Positions 24,612 through 36,769 of a stretch of DNA of 64,000 nucleotides are shown here, piece by piece. The notes beneath the pieces were generated by a model. The model saw only the letters and a program-made list of their open reading frames with translations, was not told where the DNA came from and searched no databases. The DNA is taken from contig JANJGN010000007.1 of NCBI GenBank assembly GCA_026770705.1, positions 109,926,001 to 109,990,000 of the forward strand, written 5' to 3'. The position numbers were made by a program, and so were the translations under genes. This DNA comes from Isurus oxyrinchus. Its lineage: Eukaryota. Within the stretch, counting starts at the first letter, position 1. Each line of letters opens with the position of its first letter.

Positions 24612-26930
24612 CTGTCGTGCTTGCAGGCAGACTGAAGGTGTTCCACAAAGTGGTAACCCAGTCTTTGCTGGTCTCTCCAATGTAGAGGAGACCACACTGG
24701 GAGCAGCGAATACTTTTGACCAAATTGAAGGAGGTGCAAGTGAAGCACTGCTTCACCTGAAAGGAGTGTTTGTCTTCACTTTTAACCCCACCAGCCTCCG
24801 AATTCAAAGGGTCATCCTCCGCCACCTCCACCAACTCCAGCATGATGCCACTATAAAATAAATCTTCCATTCACCACCCTCTGTCGGTATTCCGTAGGGA
24901 CCGGTCACTCCAGGATACCCTGGTCCACTCTTCCATCACCCACAATACCTCATCCCCCTCCCACAGCAGCCTGTCATGCAATCACAGAAGGTGCAACACC
25001 TGCCCCTTTACTTCCTCCCTCGTCTCTGCCCAAGGGCCGAAACACTCCTTTCAAGTGAAGCAGCGTTTGACTTGCACATCCTTCAATTTGATCTACTGCA
25101 TTCGCTGCTCCCCATGCAGTCTCCCCTATATTGGTGAGGCCAAATGCTGACTGGGTGACAGCTTTGCAGAATGCCTTCAATCTGTACACAAGCATGACCC
25201 TGACCTTCCTGTCACTTGCCATTTCAACACTTCATCTCATGCCCACATGCCTGTCGTTGGCCTGCTGCAATATTCCAGTGAAGCCATCGCAACATAGATG
25301 ACTATGTAGTAAGTTTGTAGATGACACAAATATTGCCCAGGTGGTTAACAATGAGGTTGAGTGTCTTGGGATACAGGAAGATATAGACGGGATGGTCAAA
25401 TGGGCAGATAAATGGCAGATGGAATTTAACCCTGAAAAGTGTGAGGTGATACATTTTAGAAGGAATAATTTGACAAGGAGGTATTCAATGAACAGCATGG
25501 CACTACAAGTTCTGAGGAACAACGGGACCTTGGCATGTGTGCCCATAGATCTCTGAAGGCAGAACGACATGTTAGTGCGGTGGTGAAAAAGGCATATGGG
25601 ACACTTGCCTTTATCAATCGAGGCATAGATTACAAAAGTAGGTCATTTGGAGTTGTATCGAACCTTAGTGAGGCCACAACTGGAATACTATGTGCAGTTC
25701 TGGTCGCCACATTGTAGGAAGGATGTGATTGCACTGGAGGGGGTGCAGAGGAGATTCACCAGGATGTTACCTGGAATGAAACATTTAAGTTATGAAGAGA
25801 GGTTGGATCGACTTGAGTTGTTTTCGTTGGAGCAGAGAAGACTGAGGGGCGACCTGATCATGGTGTACAAGATAATGAGGCGCAAGGACAGGGTGGAAAA
25901 AGAGCAGCTGTTCCTCTTAGTTGAAGGGTTATTCACAAGGGGGCATAAGTTCAATGTGAGGGGTAGGGTGTTTAGGGGGATGTGAAGAAAAATGTTTTTA
26001 CCCAGAGGGTGGTGACAGTCTGGAATGCACTGCCTGGAAGGGTGGTGGAGGCGGGTTACCTCACATCCTTTAAAAGTACCTGGATGAGCACTTGCCACGT
26101 CATAACATTCAAGTCTATGGGCCAAGTGCTGCTAAATGGGGTTAGGTAGGTAGGTCAGTTGTTTTTCACGTGTCGGTGCAGACTCGATGGGCCAAAGGGC
26201 CAGTTCTGCACTGTAATTCTGTGATTCTGAAGGAACAGCATATCATCTGCCAATTAGGACTTTACAGCCTTCCAGGCTTAACATTGAATTCAACAAGTTC
26301 AGACCATGAACTCTCTCTGCTGCATCCTCAACCCCATCCACACCCCCCTCCCACCCCCACCCACCCCCCCTGCCTTTTAACTGCCTTCTTTACTATTTAT
26401 TTTCATTTTCTAATTTTTTATTTCTATCAATTTTTAAATTTTGTTTTTATCCACTTACTTTTATTTTTATTTATCTTCATCTTTATTCATTGTTTTATCC
26501 TATTTTCAATCGATTCCCCTAACTGTCCCCTCCCCTCACTCCATCCCCACAAGGGCCATCTGAAACTTGTTCATGTTGTTCTTTCCAAACTGCTTACCCT
26601 TGTCCTGCTGTTATCACATCGCGATTTCTGACCTTACTGCCACCATCAGCACCTCCTTTAGCCAGCATCATTACCATTAACATCCCTTTGTGCTTTTGTC
26701 CAGGACATCTCTGGCAATCTCTCCTTTGCCTCCACCTATCACTGGCTTCTATACATCTTCATCTGATCCACTGTCCTTAAACAGTATAAATGTCATCACA
26801 TTTTTTTCTTCTCTTTAAATCAGAAGAAGAGTCATGTGGACTCGAAATTTTATCTCTGTTTTTTTTTTCCCTCTCCACAGATGCTGTTAGACCTGCTGAG
26901 TTTTTCCAGCATTTTTTGTTTTTGTTTTAG
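24612..26930 (+). mobile_element. Penelope-like element 3' portion with a short inverted 5' segment, split by a CR1 insertion
   Basis: KHSFQVKQ.FTCTSFNL...IRCSQCGLLYIGET GIY-YIG motif on both strands (24620-24770 minus, 25040-25150 plus); resumes at ~26230; terminal repeat 26820-26930. Confidence 0.8.
25300..26228 (+). mobile_element. CR1 3' fragment nested in the Penelope element
   Basis: KFVDDT...WADKWQMEFNPEKCEVIHF, LYRTLVRPQLEY; tail attctgtgattctg. Confidence 0.85.
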
Positions 26931-29099
26931 AATACCTGCCCTCTTGTTGGACCAGAAACATGCTGCTGCAGAAAATCATCCTGAACACATTCCAGTAAGC
27001 CTTGCCCCTCCTGTCCCTTTGCACTATCCCTATCTCAGGCTATATTTGGATAATTGAAGTACCCTATTATTATTACTCAGTAGTTTTTACACTTCTTTAT
27101 AATTTGTTTGAAATTTTTTTATCCACATCCCTTCCACTGGTTAGTAGCATGTGTGCTACACCAATCAATATTATTGCACCTTTTCATTCCTTACTTCTTG
27201 CCAGAGAGATTCCAACCTTCACCCCTCTATGATATCTTCTTTCTCCAATACTGTAATGCCATCTTTAATCAATACTGCCAGTCCCCCACCCCACCCTCAT
27301 TTGTCTTTTCCTATCTCTCCTAAAGGCCTTGTACTTGGAAATATTTAATAACCACTCCTGTCCTTCTTGGAGCCAGGTTTCTGTTATTGCAATAATATCA
27401 TAATTCCATTTGTCAACCTGCACCTGTAGTTCACCAATATTAATAACAACACTCCATGCATTCACATACATGCACATTAACCCTGATATAGGTTTTACTT
27501 TCCCCCTTACTCTGAGCCCATCTAATGACTTACTATTGCTGGCTTTAATTCTATCAGGCTCTCTGATATCACCTCCTTATCAGTTCATACATTTCTGTTT
27601 CCCACTGCCAGTTCCTCTCCTCTCCATTTTGAACTTCCCCCCAGGATCCCATCCCCTTGCCAATCTAGTTTAACCCGCACCGCCTCCCGCACCGTGCCCC
27701 CGCCCTCCAACAGCATTAGCAAGCCTCCCCAAGAGGACATTAGTCCCAGTCCGGTTCAGAAAACCCATATTTCTTTGATAGGTCGCACATGCCCTGGAAC
27801 CGGTTCCAACGCCTCAGAAATCGAAAGTCACCCCTCCTAATCCATTTCTCTACCCATGGGTTGACGTGCTCAATCTTCCTATTCTTATGCACATTATCAA
27901 TGGCTTGGGAGTAAACCTGACATTACTGCTCTTGAGCTGCTGTATTTAATTTCCTTCCTAACTCACTAAACTCTGCTTCCAGGACCTCATCCCTTTTCCT
28001 ACCTATGCCCTTGGACCCAATGTGGACCACAAGCTCTGGCTGTACACCTTCCCCCAAAACAATGTTCTGCAGCCGCTCTCTGACATCCTTGACCCTGGCA
28101 CCAGGGAGGCAACAGACCATCCTGGAGTCAGGCGCAGAAACGCCTGTCTGCTCCCTAAATATGGAATCCCCTAACATTATAGATCATTCACTTCTCCTCC
28201 TCCCTTCCTCTGCATCTGCGCCACCTGTGGTGCCATGAACTTAGCTCTTTTGCCAGCCTTCTGAAGAATGATCTTGTTTGCCAGTATCAAAATGGTAAAG
28301 TTATCAGCGTGTGAGGTCTCCTCAGCAGATTCCTGCACTACCTGGCAGTTTCTCTTAGATACTCTGGCGGTTACCCATTCCCTCTCTGCTTGTCTGTTCG
28401 TTAGCTGTGGTGTGACTGCATCTCTAAACATCCTGCTCATGTAATCCTCAGCCTTGCACCACCAGATGCACCACAGTGAATCCAGCCACTGCTCGAGTTC
28501 CACAACCTGGAGCTCAAGTTTCTGTAGTTGGTGACACCCTCTGCAGATGTAATCATCGAGGGCCCTTTCACCTGCATGACTTCCCACATCCTGCAGAATG
28601 CACACTCCACATCACCGAACTGCATTGACATACCTTAGACTTGATTTAAATGTTTATTACGGTGTGGTATAATTTAATATCTCACCTGTCACTCACCAAC
28701 CGATTGTCACGTCCAGAAAGGCCAACACTTATAAACCAATCAACTTATAGGCCTCCTGTGATATCACTTTTAGTTTTTATCTGTAAACTCTCTGCTCTCT
28801 CTCCCTCTCTCCGCTGCTTTAAGCTTTCAGATGTCTCCAGTTAATTACCAGTTACTGATTAAACTATGTCTGCTGCACCAAAGTGGAAATCAAATGCTGG
28901 AGGTTGATAAGAGTAGAAGAGTACCTCTTCCCCCCACTTCACCAAACTCCCAACACAGCACGTTCTACCCCTTGACTAAGTATTACCTAAATCACTAAAG
29001 AGGAATGGCCGCTGTGCACCGAATTCCCACTTTGAATCAAATTCCCGAGTTTCTCACTCACTCTGTTTCTGTCTCATTCAGGCATAGTCTCTCTTACTG

Positions 29100-29355
29100 T
29101 AATAAGGGTTTGAATGGGTTTAAATTCCAGCACAGCAGCTTTTCTATTCAATTAATTATCTCTGCTCTATGAAACCACCATTGATTGTTGTTAAAAACAA
29201 GAAAATAGTTCTCCCATGTCCTTTAGGGAATGAATCTGCCATCCTGGTGTAGCCTACATGTGATTCCTGACCAGCAGCAGTGTGGTTGACTTTTAACTGT
29301 CCTCGGAAATGGCCAAAAAGCCACTCAGTTAAGCATAATTAAGGGTGAGCAAGAA
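29100..29355 (+). mobile_element. HE1-like SINE, decayed
   Basis: gaaaccaccattgattgttg...ctttagggaatgaatctgccatcct...gccactcagtt tail shared with the HER1-like fragments. Confidence 0.6.
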
Positions 29356-30089
29356 AAAAAAAACAGGAAATTACTCAATGGTCTACAGTTGTATTTGAAA
29401 TCAAAATATCTCTCTTCTAGTAATAAGATCCTTCAGGCTGAAATGCAAGACAAGCCATTTCACATGAATCAAAACAAATGGCCTGATAAAGGGAATTTTA
29501 ATGGATGGGTTTCATTTCATGCTCTGGGTTCTGCTGTGATTCATGTATGAAAATAACCAGGAGGTGGAAAATGCCAAAATGAACTGTTCAAGGTATCGGC
29601 TACCAGAATGCAACGACTTAATAGCTCACTTACTTGTATTTCACTAGTTCAATCATAGCTTGTTCAAAGCATAACTAAGCTTGCAGTTAGCAACGGGATA
29701 AGTTCTCATGAATTTAGCTCAGAGTCTGGAAGCCAAAGCCTTCATTCCAAGGGCGCCATTGTATTGTGAAGGCTGAAGCTGTGCATACTGAGAAACGAAG
29801 GCTCGGCTGATTCACCTGAAGGAATGGTTAAATTACAAAATGCTGTACAGGAAGCTTTTTAAAAGGGCATTTTCACCCTTGGTCATAAATAATGTTCCAA
29901 CCATGTTGCCATTTAACAAGCCTCCTACAAACAATGTTGCCCTGTAAAAACTTCTAACCTCGGAGTTTAGTGCTTTCCATTTCAACAAAGATCCAACCAC
30001 ACACAACAATAATTCAAGGAGCACTTCAAATTGCAGCATGATGTGGGTACTGGAAATCGGAAAGTACAACAGGAAATGCGCTACAGTTT

Positions 30090-31360
30090 GTCTAGCGTTT
30101 TCTATTTGTTCAAAGAAGATGGCACGGCCAGCATTAATTATCCATCCCTAGTTACCCGTGAGAAGATGATGGTGAGCCCCTTCTTAAACCCTTGCATTCC
30201 ATGTGCTGCAGGTACACCCAGAGGGCTGTTGCAGAGGGCGATGGTGGGGTTGAGTTCCAGGAATTTGACCCAGGCACAGTGAAGGAATGGCAATATACTC
30301 CCAGGTCAGGATGGTGTCCGTTCTGGGCACCACACTTTAGGAAGAATGTGAAAGCAATAGAGAGAGTGCAAAAAATATTCAAAATGAAGGGTCTTGAGAT
30401 GTGAAATTTCAGTTCTGTGGAAAGATTGAAGAAGCTGGTGCTGCTCTTCTTGAAGAAGAGAGTTGCGAGGAGACTTGACAAGGGTGTTCAAAATAATGAG
30501 AGGTCTGGACAAAGTATGGAGGGAGACTGTATTGTCTTTGGCAGAAGGATCGTGAACCAGAGCTCAGGTGATTGGCAAAACAAGTGACAATGACATAAGG
30601 AAAAGCTATTACGCAGTGAGTGGCTAGGATCTGGAATGCACTGCCTGAGAGTGTTGGAAAGGGAGATTCAGTTGTGGCTTTGAAAAGAGAATTGATAATT
30701 ACCAAATAGAAAAGATTTGCAGGGCCGTGGAGACAAGGCTGTGGGATGGTGGTTGGGTGGGGAGGGGGGGTGATGGAGAGACGAGTTACGTTGTTCATGC
30801 AGAGACCTGGCAAGATCTTGATGGACTGAATTGCCTCTTCCTTTGCTTTAACCATTCTATGATGCTTGGTAGTTGAGGTGTTTAGAATGAATGATGCTAT
30901 CCAAGGAGCCTTAGTGAGTTGTTACAGTGCATATGTTGTTGCCACTGTGGGTCAATGGTGGAGGAAATTAAGGTTTAAGGAGATGGATGGGGTGTCAGAC
31001 AAGCTGGCTGCTTTGTCCTTGGTAGTGTCTAGTTTCTTGAGTGTGCTGGAGCCATATTCATCCAGGCAAGTGAACAATGTTCCATCACACACTTGATTTG
31101 TGCATTGGAGTTAATAAATAGGCTTTGGGGTCTCAGGTGGTGAGTTACTCGCTACAGAATTCCCAGTTTCTCAACTGGTCTTAGAAACATAGCATTTATA
31201 TAGATGGTCCAATTGGTATTCTTGTCAACAGCGAGATCAAGATGTTCACTGGGGCAGGGGGTGGGGGAGGTGGGGGCGGTTCCAGGTCTTGCTGCATATG
31301 GATTCGGATTGCTTCGGTATCTGAGGAGTTGTGAATGGTGCTGAACACGGTGCAATCATC
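30090..31360 (-). mobile_element. HER1-like LINE fragment with a CR1 3' fragment (+, ~30305-30862) inserted
   Basis: Paralogous to 2720-3640; the insert encodes FWAPHFRKNVKAIERVQK. Confidence 0.7.
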
Positions 31361-31449
31361 ACTTTACACGTGATGTCACCAACTTCTGACACGTTTCTCG
31401 TCTGAGCTTTTGTAAACCCACATAATCCGACATATCGACTGTCACGTGC

Positions 31450-33474
31450 TTACATGCATTGATCCAATTGCTTTGTTTCTAAGTATATTGACCCTGGCGA
31501 TTGCACACACCGGTACAAGTGTTTATTTTAGGATTTACATCAGGTTTCTGATGGTGATTGGGGATTCCATTGTCGGACAAATACCCTGCCCTCAAATTTC
31601 CGCTCAAACGAACAAACATCACCTGATAGGGCATCTTCCCATTCTTTCAAGAGGAGTAAGGTGTAGAAGTTCTCTGGTGGAGACACGATAACCAGCAGCA
31701 CTTGAACAACGAGGAAGCGAAAAAGAGACAACATAATCTTCCATTAAAGGGGGGAGATTCCCTCTGCCTCTTGAATTCATGAATGTGAGATTCAAAGAGC
31801 CTGTCCGTTATTACTGCTACGTGTACTGTCGGGAAGGATAGTCGGGGATAGAACCGACTCAGAGATCCTTGCGCCTGTTGAGTCGCAGGTTCTGGATGTT
31901 GCAGGAGTCAATCGTGCAACAGGTACTTGGTAAAATTCCATCGAGATAGCGAAGAGTGTGGGAATGGGACACCTGTCCAGGTTTTTGTATTTACTGCCAG
32001 CATCAAACCAGCCTAGGAGTAAGATTACCGATTCATAGAGAAGCTTTTTTGCAAGTGTTTTTCTTTAATGTAGCCAGATATATATGTGTTAAAGTTTACA
32101 ATCTCATTGCTGTGAAAGCATAATCCATATCTTTTTTCAATAAAAGGTAACGGGATAAAAACGTCAATGAGACGAACTGCATTACCTTTTCAGAACCAAC
32201 TTAGCACATTGAGCAAATATATCCCTACATCGCATCGTTGTATGACACTGTAAACAGGTAAACTGCGATTCGGTAACCAAGGGGCTCGGATTTAAGAAAA
32301 ATTGGCAGAAGAACAACAAACGAGGGGAGAAGAAATTGTTTTACAAGGTAAATTGCTCTGATCTGGAATTCACTACATGGAAGCAGGAATAGTAATTTTC
32401 AAGGGGGAAATTGGATAGATACTTAGAAATAAAAGCATGGCTTTGGAGAAAGAGCAGGAAAGTGAAACTAATTGCACAGCTCTTTCAATGAGCCAATACA
32501 GGCAGTGTAGCCCGAATGGCCTCGCGGTATGCTCCATGATTCAGTAATTCTAGAATATACATTACTCTATTCAAGGCTCCATGTACTTTCTAGCTCCGTG
32601 TTAAATAATGACTGAAAACAAAGACAGTAAAAACGCTCCAATGAAACATGACGTTAAAGGGCCTGTCCTGAGCTTGTCTCTAAATTACAGACCGCAATAA
32701 TAAAATAATAATTAATATTTCAAAAGCAAAATCATTTTCTTCTCCTCCCAATGTTGTCCATTCATCTGAGCTTCGACCCGATTGAGTCTAAATTCTGTAC
32801 AGCCAGTTCACAGACTCTCCTGTGCAAAACAGCTCAGTTTTAACCTGAAGATCCCCATGTGACTCGATGTTAAGAACAAAGCGAAAACTGGAACCGGTGC
32901 CAATACTCCGAAGCAGCGAACCACGGTGTGAATCTACGAGCCTTCCAGCACTTTAAAACATGTGGCATTAACCAGCAATGAAGCTATATGCAGCTGCCAA
33001 GTATCTCATCTTTCTCTTCAGACTGCAACATTGTCACTTAGAAGGGTGAAGGTACGGACATTTTTGTTTCAGAAACTCTTGCTCGTTTGTCGTTTTTCTT
33101 AATACAAGGACGTCTGTGAACACGTTAGCATTTGACGCTCTTTTTTCCTTCGTTATATTCAGGGTTTATTGGTTCGATTGTAATTTTTTTTAACTTGGCA
33201 TTTATTTCAAGATTTTTAAAACATATCTGTATTTGTGTTAAATAGTCATTAGACGATTTGCTCTGATCCCGTATATCCCTTTGGTTTTCTTGTTGGTGCT
33301 GATTTTATTGATATTACGCCTGTCGGCCTTATATCTCTGCTGCTCGTTGGTTGCAGTCGCTGCTAACGTCGTTTTCCTCTATTTGGCATTCGGCATTTAG
33401 TGGGAATATTGGGTATAATGGTGCTAAGTGGCAACGCTGGGCTCTATTTGAAGCTGAGGTACTGCCAAAAATGA
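31450..33474 (+). pseudogene. Type-B VJ-C1-TM short-tail receptor pseudogene, copy 1
   Basis: V ~31545-31877 (KYPALKFPLKRTNIT**GIFPFFQEE*GVEVLWWRHD...EFMNVRFKEPVRYYC...IVGDRTDSEIL, donor TTGAGT); C1 32752-33051 (LLCKTAQF*PED...IYEPSSTL...SCQVSHLSLQT); TM 33357-33474 ending YLKLRYCQK*; AATAAA at ~33528. Confidence 0.8.
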
Positions 33475-33849
33475 GAGACGCCTTTATTACCAGAGCGAAT
33501 CATCACTTTAAAAGATGAAACTTTTGCAATAAATCCGCAAATAAAGTCGCGCTAACCGATAGGAAATGAACATCAATGTTCTTTGAAGGTGGACACGTAG
33601 ACCACGGTTTACACATTGAAAGTAATGAGATATCATCACGGAAAATAGCTGATGCACAGTTCCGACCATTGTTACTCAGGGCGAGCAATATCTTGCAGGA
33701 GACAGCGACCTCCTCTGGTCGATCTGGAGCAGCGACGTTTCGAAGACGTTTGGAGGATTTCCATGTTCTAGGGAAATGGTGGAAGTGTTTAAAAGAAGCA
33801 ATATAGCATTTCACTAAAAAAGCAGCCAGGCGAAATTATTCTCCGTTAT

Positions 33850-34250
33850 TAAACGAAAATAAAATGCCAACTTTTGAAGAATAGTCATTGTTTTGATTGG
33901 AAAGCGTCACTGTAAGCTTTTGCACAGCAAATCCACAAATTAGCAACGTGATCATGACCGGGTAACCTGTTTTTTGCCTGATGTTCATTATGATAAATGT
34001 TAGTCCGGACATTGGGGAAAACGCCTCTGTTATTCCTCAAAATACTGCCATGGGATCCTGGACGTTCACCCAAGAGGGCAGTGGGAATCTAGGTTGAACT
34101 TCGCATTGGGAAGACAGCGCCTCACAATGCAGCACTCGCTCAGTACTGCACTGGAATACCAATCTAAATTGGTGGTGCTCAAGTCCTGGAGTGGGAATTG
34201 AACACACAACTTTCTCAGGAGTGCTAACAACTGAACAATTGCTGACATTC
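33850..34250 (-). mobile_element. Ancient tRNA-derived SINE (SacSINE1/Deu-like); a related copy lies at ~57200-57600
   Basis: gacagcgcctcacaatgcagcactcgctcagtactgcactgg core and ggagtgggaattgaacacacaac B-box-like head. Confidence 0.5.
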
Positions 34251-36769
34251 AAATTAATATAAATGTGGAAAGAAAGGTAAAGCTCAGGGGAGACTATATT
34301 CGAGGTTTTGGAATAATGAAAGGGTTTGTTATGGTTGATCCAGAGAAAATGTGTCCACTCGTGATGAAATCCAGAACGATAGGGCAGAAAAAGTCATAAA
34401 TAAACCCAACAGAGAATTCGTGAGAAGTTTCTGCACCCAGTAAGTGGTAAGAAAGTGGAGCACGCTAGAGAAAGGGATAAATGAGGAGAAAAGCAGTGGC
34501 ACATTTAGGGGGGAAGGTAGATATGCAAATGAGGCAAAAAATATGCAGATAGGGATAGAGAAAGAGATGGGGTAGGAGCATAAATACCAGCATATTATCA
34601 TCTGGGCCGAGTAGCCTGCTCTTGTGCTGTAGGTTCCCACAAGCAATAATTACAGATAATCATTTTAAGCGATATTGGAGGAAGGATAAATGTTGTGTAG
34701 AGGGAGAACTCCTCGTTCTCCTCCGACCTTCTGACTCACAGGGAGAGTGCTACAACTGAGCTAAGGTTGACACATGTATGTTACCATCATTAATTAATTC
34801 CAAATGGTATGCAGCTTGAGCTGCCAGCTCTCCCTAATAGAGTCATCGTGATTATACCTAGTTGATTCCAATGCGCTGGCTTCAAAGACTGATGTTGCTG
34901 TTGTTCTCCCCACTCTTTGAATAGGTGATGCTCATGAGTCCGGAGCCAAGCTGTAACAACCCTGGTGTCATCTGTCACAATCATTTGTGCAAATGTTTCC
35001 AAATACTTCATGCATAGGCATTAAAAATATCTAAACATAAAATAATTTTTCATTATTCTAACAGGATTTGACTTTCACATACAGCAAATGCTTTCAGCCT
35101 CCAAATGAAGGAAAATTGTGAAATATGGAAAACTATTTTACTTACATACAGAAAAGAGTTGTTTACACTAATTGTATTACTCGATTGTGTAAAAACAAAA
35201 GTTCTTAAACTAATATGTACTCAGCCATACTCTCTATAATTTCGCTGTGGTCTTACAAGTGCAACTTGACCCTAAAGCAGAGGTATCCTCCAAATTCCCG
35301 ATGCACCAAGCAGCAAAACCCGCAGAACTCATAAAACATTCAAACAGCCTCGGACATCGTAAACCTTTCTAGTTTAACTTCCAGAAATAGTTTGCCATTA
35401 ATACGGTAAAGCCCACGTACACTGAAAAGCATCTATCTTTTTCTCTCTGTGTTAGTCTCCCTCCTTTGTTTCAACAAAAGTAAAATGGCTCCCGACTGAC
35501 GACAGCACCAACCCTGGTGGATGAATTCCACACTCAATCTGTATAAGGATACATTTGATGTGTGGCACAGAAACAGTGCATTCGATCCAAACAGCTCATG
35601 CCAGTGTTTATGCCCAACTCAAGCCTCCTCCCATTTCTCATTTAAGTATACTATTGTAACCAGTATTGCCCTCTTCCTCAAATGTTTGTCTGGCTTCCCA
35701 TTAGATTCATCCACTCAGCAGCTATCCCTCGTTTAGCACATGTGGTGTTCTTAATAAACAGCGTGCTAAACGAAAATGTACTAAACAAAAGTCACTTTCC
35801 CATTGGAAAACATATAATAAAGATGGCTTACAGTTTTGACCTGTCATTTTTACTTCAAAAACCTATGAGCTGCCTAACTGGCCCAAGATTCTCCTAATAA
35901 CATGCTATCTGTTCATAACTCGTTACCTCCTTATATCTTACTAGCCCCGCCTCTCTATTTCCCGCTCACAGCTTCCCCCGGCTGTCCTGCTTGCTACCTC
36001 ACTTGTCTTTCCCTCTCGCACTCCCTCCCCTGACACTCCCACTCACCCCTTCTCTCTCCGACCTTCCCAGTTGCCAACGCCCCTTGTTGCCATTCCTCTC
36101 TTCCAACCTTCCCGTTCGCCTCTTCCCTCTCCTGCCCCTTTCACTCACCGCTTCCCGTCTCTCCCATTTGTCGCCTCTCCGGACCTTCCTCTTTGTTGCT
36201 TCTCCCTCCCTCCCATTAACCGCTTCTCCCAACATTCCCGCTCGCTACCTCTCCTGACTCTCCCACTGGCTGCTTCTCCCTCGTGACCCTTCCCCCTCAC
36301 TGCTGTCCTCTCCCGTCCGTCCCACTCGCTGCTTCTCCTTCCGTTCCGCTCACCGTTTTCCTCTCAGGACCATCTCGCTCGTCGCTTCCCGTCACCACCC
36401 CCCAACTTCTTTCCCCCTCCTTGCCTCCCACTCGCTGCCCTCTCATTCCCTCGCTCATTCCTCTTGCTCCCCTTCCTCTGGGCCTCAGTCACAGCGATGA
36501 CCAGCCAGGCAGCGAGTGGGAAGCAGCAAGGATTCAGGAGAGAGGAGCGGTGAGTGGGAGGGAGCAGGAGGGTCGGGACAGGGGTGGCGATTGGGAGGGT
36601 TGGCGAGCAAAGCAGAGGTTTGTTTAAAAAGTCTGAGCATGCACAGAAACTCCACATTTATCCCACTCTTTGGATGAAGAAATTTCTCTCCCTCGTATCA
36701 AACTGCGTCCTTTGCTGAGCACTGAATGTTCAGCATCAGAGGGGGGAAGGTCAGAGGGTGCCGTGTTCT

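Larger units (their letters stand above)
22995..28700 (-). mobile_element. Near-full-length decayed CR1 LINE (ORF1 and ORF2), interrupted at ~24610-26930
   Basis: ORF1 DYICRGCHQLQKLEL and esterase-like GDSIFR...MVCCLPGARVKDV; EN YDIIAITETWLQ; RT NYRPLSLTSV; tail at ~22995. Confidence 0.85.
2030..29440 (+). repeat. Segmental duplication unit I
   Basis: Collinear unique-sequence matches: 2030-2700~29440-30090; 3640-3925~31360-31640~42330-42610; 3940-4350~46995-47405; 8830-8990~59850-60010; 9900-11640~38985-40520~60015-61960; 11640-13060~61990-64000. Confidence 0.8.

Noticed and set aside
33576-33806. ORF open in both type-B copies (also 44477-44776) with an in-frame indel
   Set aside because: Lies after the stop and poly(A) signal, shows no motif, and is short enough to persist by chance in duplicated DNA
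35991-36657. Pro/Leu/Ser-rich and Arg/Gly/Glu-rich ORFs
   Set aside because: Artefacts of C/T low-complexity sequence
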